Below, piece after piece: positions 62,601 to 64,000 of a DNA stretch of 64,000 nucleotides (the first letter of the stretch is position 1; each line of letters begins with the position of its first letter). Both the position numbers and the translations under genes were made by a program. The notes under the pieces are model-generated. The model did not search any database, was not told where the DNA came from, and saw only the letters and a list, made by a program, of their open reading frames with translations. The DNA comes from Chlorokybus atmophyticus (lineage: Eukaryota; Plantae; Mesostigma and Chlorokybus algae): contig RHPI01003389.1 of the NCBI GenBank assembly GCA_009103225.1, positions 372,001-436,000 of the forward strand. The letters are read 5' to 3'.

Positions 62601-63446
62601 GGAAGTCGCTATGCAGCTTCTTACACATTCCGCAAAACATGAGCACTGCTTACCATCCACAGACGGATGGTCAGACAGAACGCGCCAATCAAGTGATTAA
62701 GGAAACCATCCGGCATTATGTGAACCCGAATCAGAATGATTGGGATATTTATCTCCCAATGGCTGAGTTTGCGATCAATAATGCATGGCAAGAGAGTGTG
62801 CAGGAGACTCCTTTCTTCTTCAATTACGGAGTGCATCCACTGAGTCCTGCGAACATTAAGTTGCCCGCTACTGACGTGACTCGCGTACCTGCAGCGCGCG
62901 ATGGCCTCGGCCATGCAGGATAGGTTAGCGTTGGCAAAAGACTGTCTGCGCGCAGCGCAAGACAGACAAAAAGCCCAAGCTGATGCGCATCGTAGAGAGG
63001 CCAACTACGATGTGGGCTGTTCGGTGCTTTTAAGTACCAAAAACGTATCCATCAAGGGAGTGGGTACCCGCAAGTTTTTCCCTCGCTGGATAGGCCCTTT
63101 TAAAATAACTGATCGGGTCGGCACTCACGCGTATCGTTTGGACTTGCCAAAGTCGATACGCATTCACAATGTGTTTCACGTGAGTGTACTGAAACCATAC
63201 CGTTCTGACGGTCGGGTTCAACCTCCTCCACCCTTCGTTGCAGTGGATGGCGATGATACTTTCGAGTATGAGGTGGAAGCAATCCTGAGTCACCGTAAGC
63301 CTCGACGCGGACGCGCGCCGTCTTACTTGGTGAAATGGAAAGGGTATGGTGTTGAGCACAACACGTGGGAGCCCGAAAGGAATCTTACCAACTGCCAAGA
63401 GATTCTTCGGGGGTACTGGAGTGCTGTGTCCACACGTGGACGGTAA
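59681..63446 (+). CDS. pol: Pol: extra N-terminal domain, protease, RT, RNase H, integrase, chromodomain; in frame with gag; one frameshift near 62900
   Basis: LIDTGATHNF, YLDD, FSDAS...YESRKF, HDPPYAGH...CDKC, STAYHPQTDGQTE; the 62901-63446 frame carries RWIGPF and YEVEAIL...YLVKWKGY..HNTWEP. Confidence 0.93.
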
Positions 63447-64000
63447 AAGGGTGCTGGCAGACATCTTTACCGCTTCGGCCATGGTTCTCTCACTGCTTTG
63501 GTTCTCGGTGCTCATGGTGGGGCTTTGCTAACCCTTCAATGAGGACATTAAAACCTAAGTGAGGGGGAATGTAACGGAGTGCTACTCCTATAGAGGTTCC
63601 CCGCCCTTATTTAGGATTAAATAAGGGTCCCAACGGGTATATACAGCCAATTAAGCCGTATTAGGGCCGTTAACCTAGTGATAAGGCCCTAATGTAGTGT
63701 TACTTAACTGTAACACTGATATCGACATGAGACATGAGTCTCATGTCGATATCAGCTGTATGGCGGCACTGCTAACGCAGCAGCCGCCATAGCCAGGGGA
63801 TCTTCTGCTTCGGCAGTTGCCCCTGGCGGCGGCGGTGTGGTCGGCGTGGCTGGTGGTGGTGTTGGGGTAGGGGATTAAAGGGAGGAGGTAGCACCCCCTC
63901 TCCTTACACACGATCTGCAAACGCACCTACCAATAATGCTGGAAGCGGTTGGACACCTCAGCTCTTTCAGCTTGCAGACAACCTGCTAAAGTCTTTGAGA

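Larger units (their letters stand above)
56846..63908 (+). mobile_element. Full-length Ty3/gypsy chromovirus LTR retrotransposon
   Basis: 339-bp LTRs (56846-57184, 63570-63908; TGTAA...TTACA; 7 substitutions counted by eye); 5-bp TSD CACGA (56841-56845 and 63909-63913); PBS TGGTATCGGAGC at 57186-57197; PPT gagggggaa at 63561-63569; gag-PR-RT-RH-INT-chromodomain order. Confidence 0.98.
48320..64000 (+). mobile_element. Probable large CACTA/EnSpm (CMC) DNA transposon hosting nested insertions; left boundary uncertain, right end outside the window
   Basis: Tnp2 pseudogene at 54.3-56.8 kb; inverted/direct motif cluster at 48.4-48.7 kb; dispersed CCACCTTTTGCT motif at 50.6-56.1 kb; candidate CAC terminus near 48320 is unverified. 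Confidence 0.45.

Overview
Eukaryotic nuclear DNA with spliceosomal introns, most consistent with a flagellate-stage streptophyte green alga. This is inferred from land-plant-type ASK20/21, BASS3, ENF2 and CBSCBSPB genes sitting alongside CFAP43 and an algal-type major LHCII gene. All homology calls are from my recall of family motifs; no search was run. Region 1-46 kb is gene-rich: a CBS-PB1 protein, an ENF2/PotD-like protein with a Tat signal, BASS3, an ASK21-like SKP1, chloroplast ClpC, a 4xCBS protein, a hypothetical gene, a plastid-targeted bacterial-type conserved protein, CFAP43 and LHCII. It is interrupted by a decayed Ty3/gypsy chromovirus (about 13.2-19.3 kb) and two Penelope-like (Naiad/Chlamys-type) RT relics. 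Region 48-64 kb is a nested TE cluster: a CACTA/EnSpm Tnp2 pseudogene with 41-bp and 12-bp repeats, a 5'-truncated L1-type LINE, and a full-length chromovirus (339-bp LTRs, CACGA TSD, tRNA-iMet PBS, PPT) inserted into the transposase. Most notable observations: (i) both chromovirus families keep an in-frame UAG-G between gag and pol, followed by a shared ~150-aa domain resembling a catalytically dead adenine-methyltransferase fold; (ii) both families have LTRs built largely from tandem hairpins; (iii) a tRNA-Ile(UAU)-like 5' half at 47.3 kb has its acceptor-stem complement upstream, as in permuted tRNA genes.
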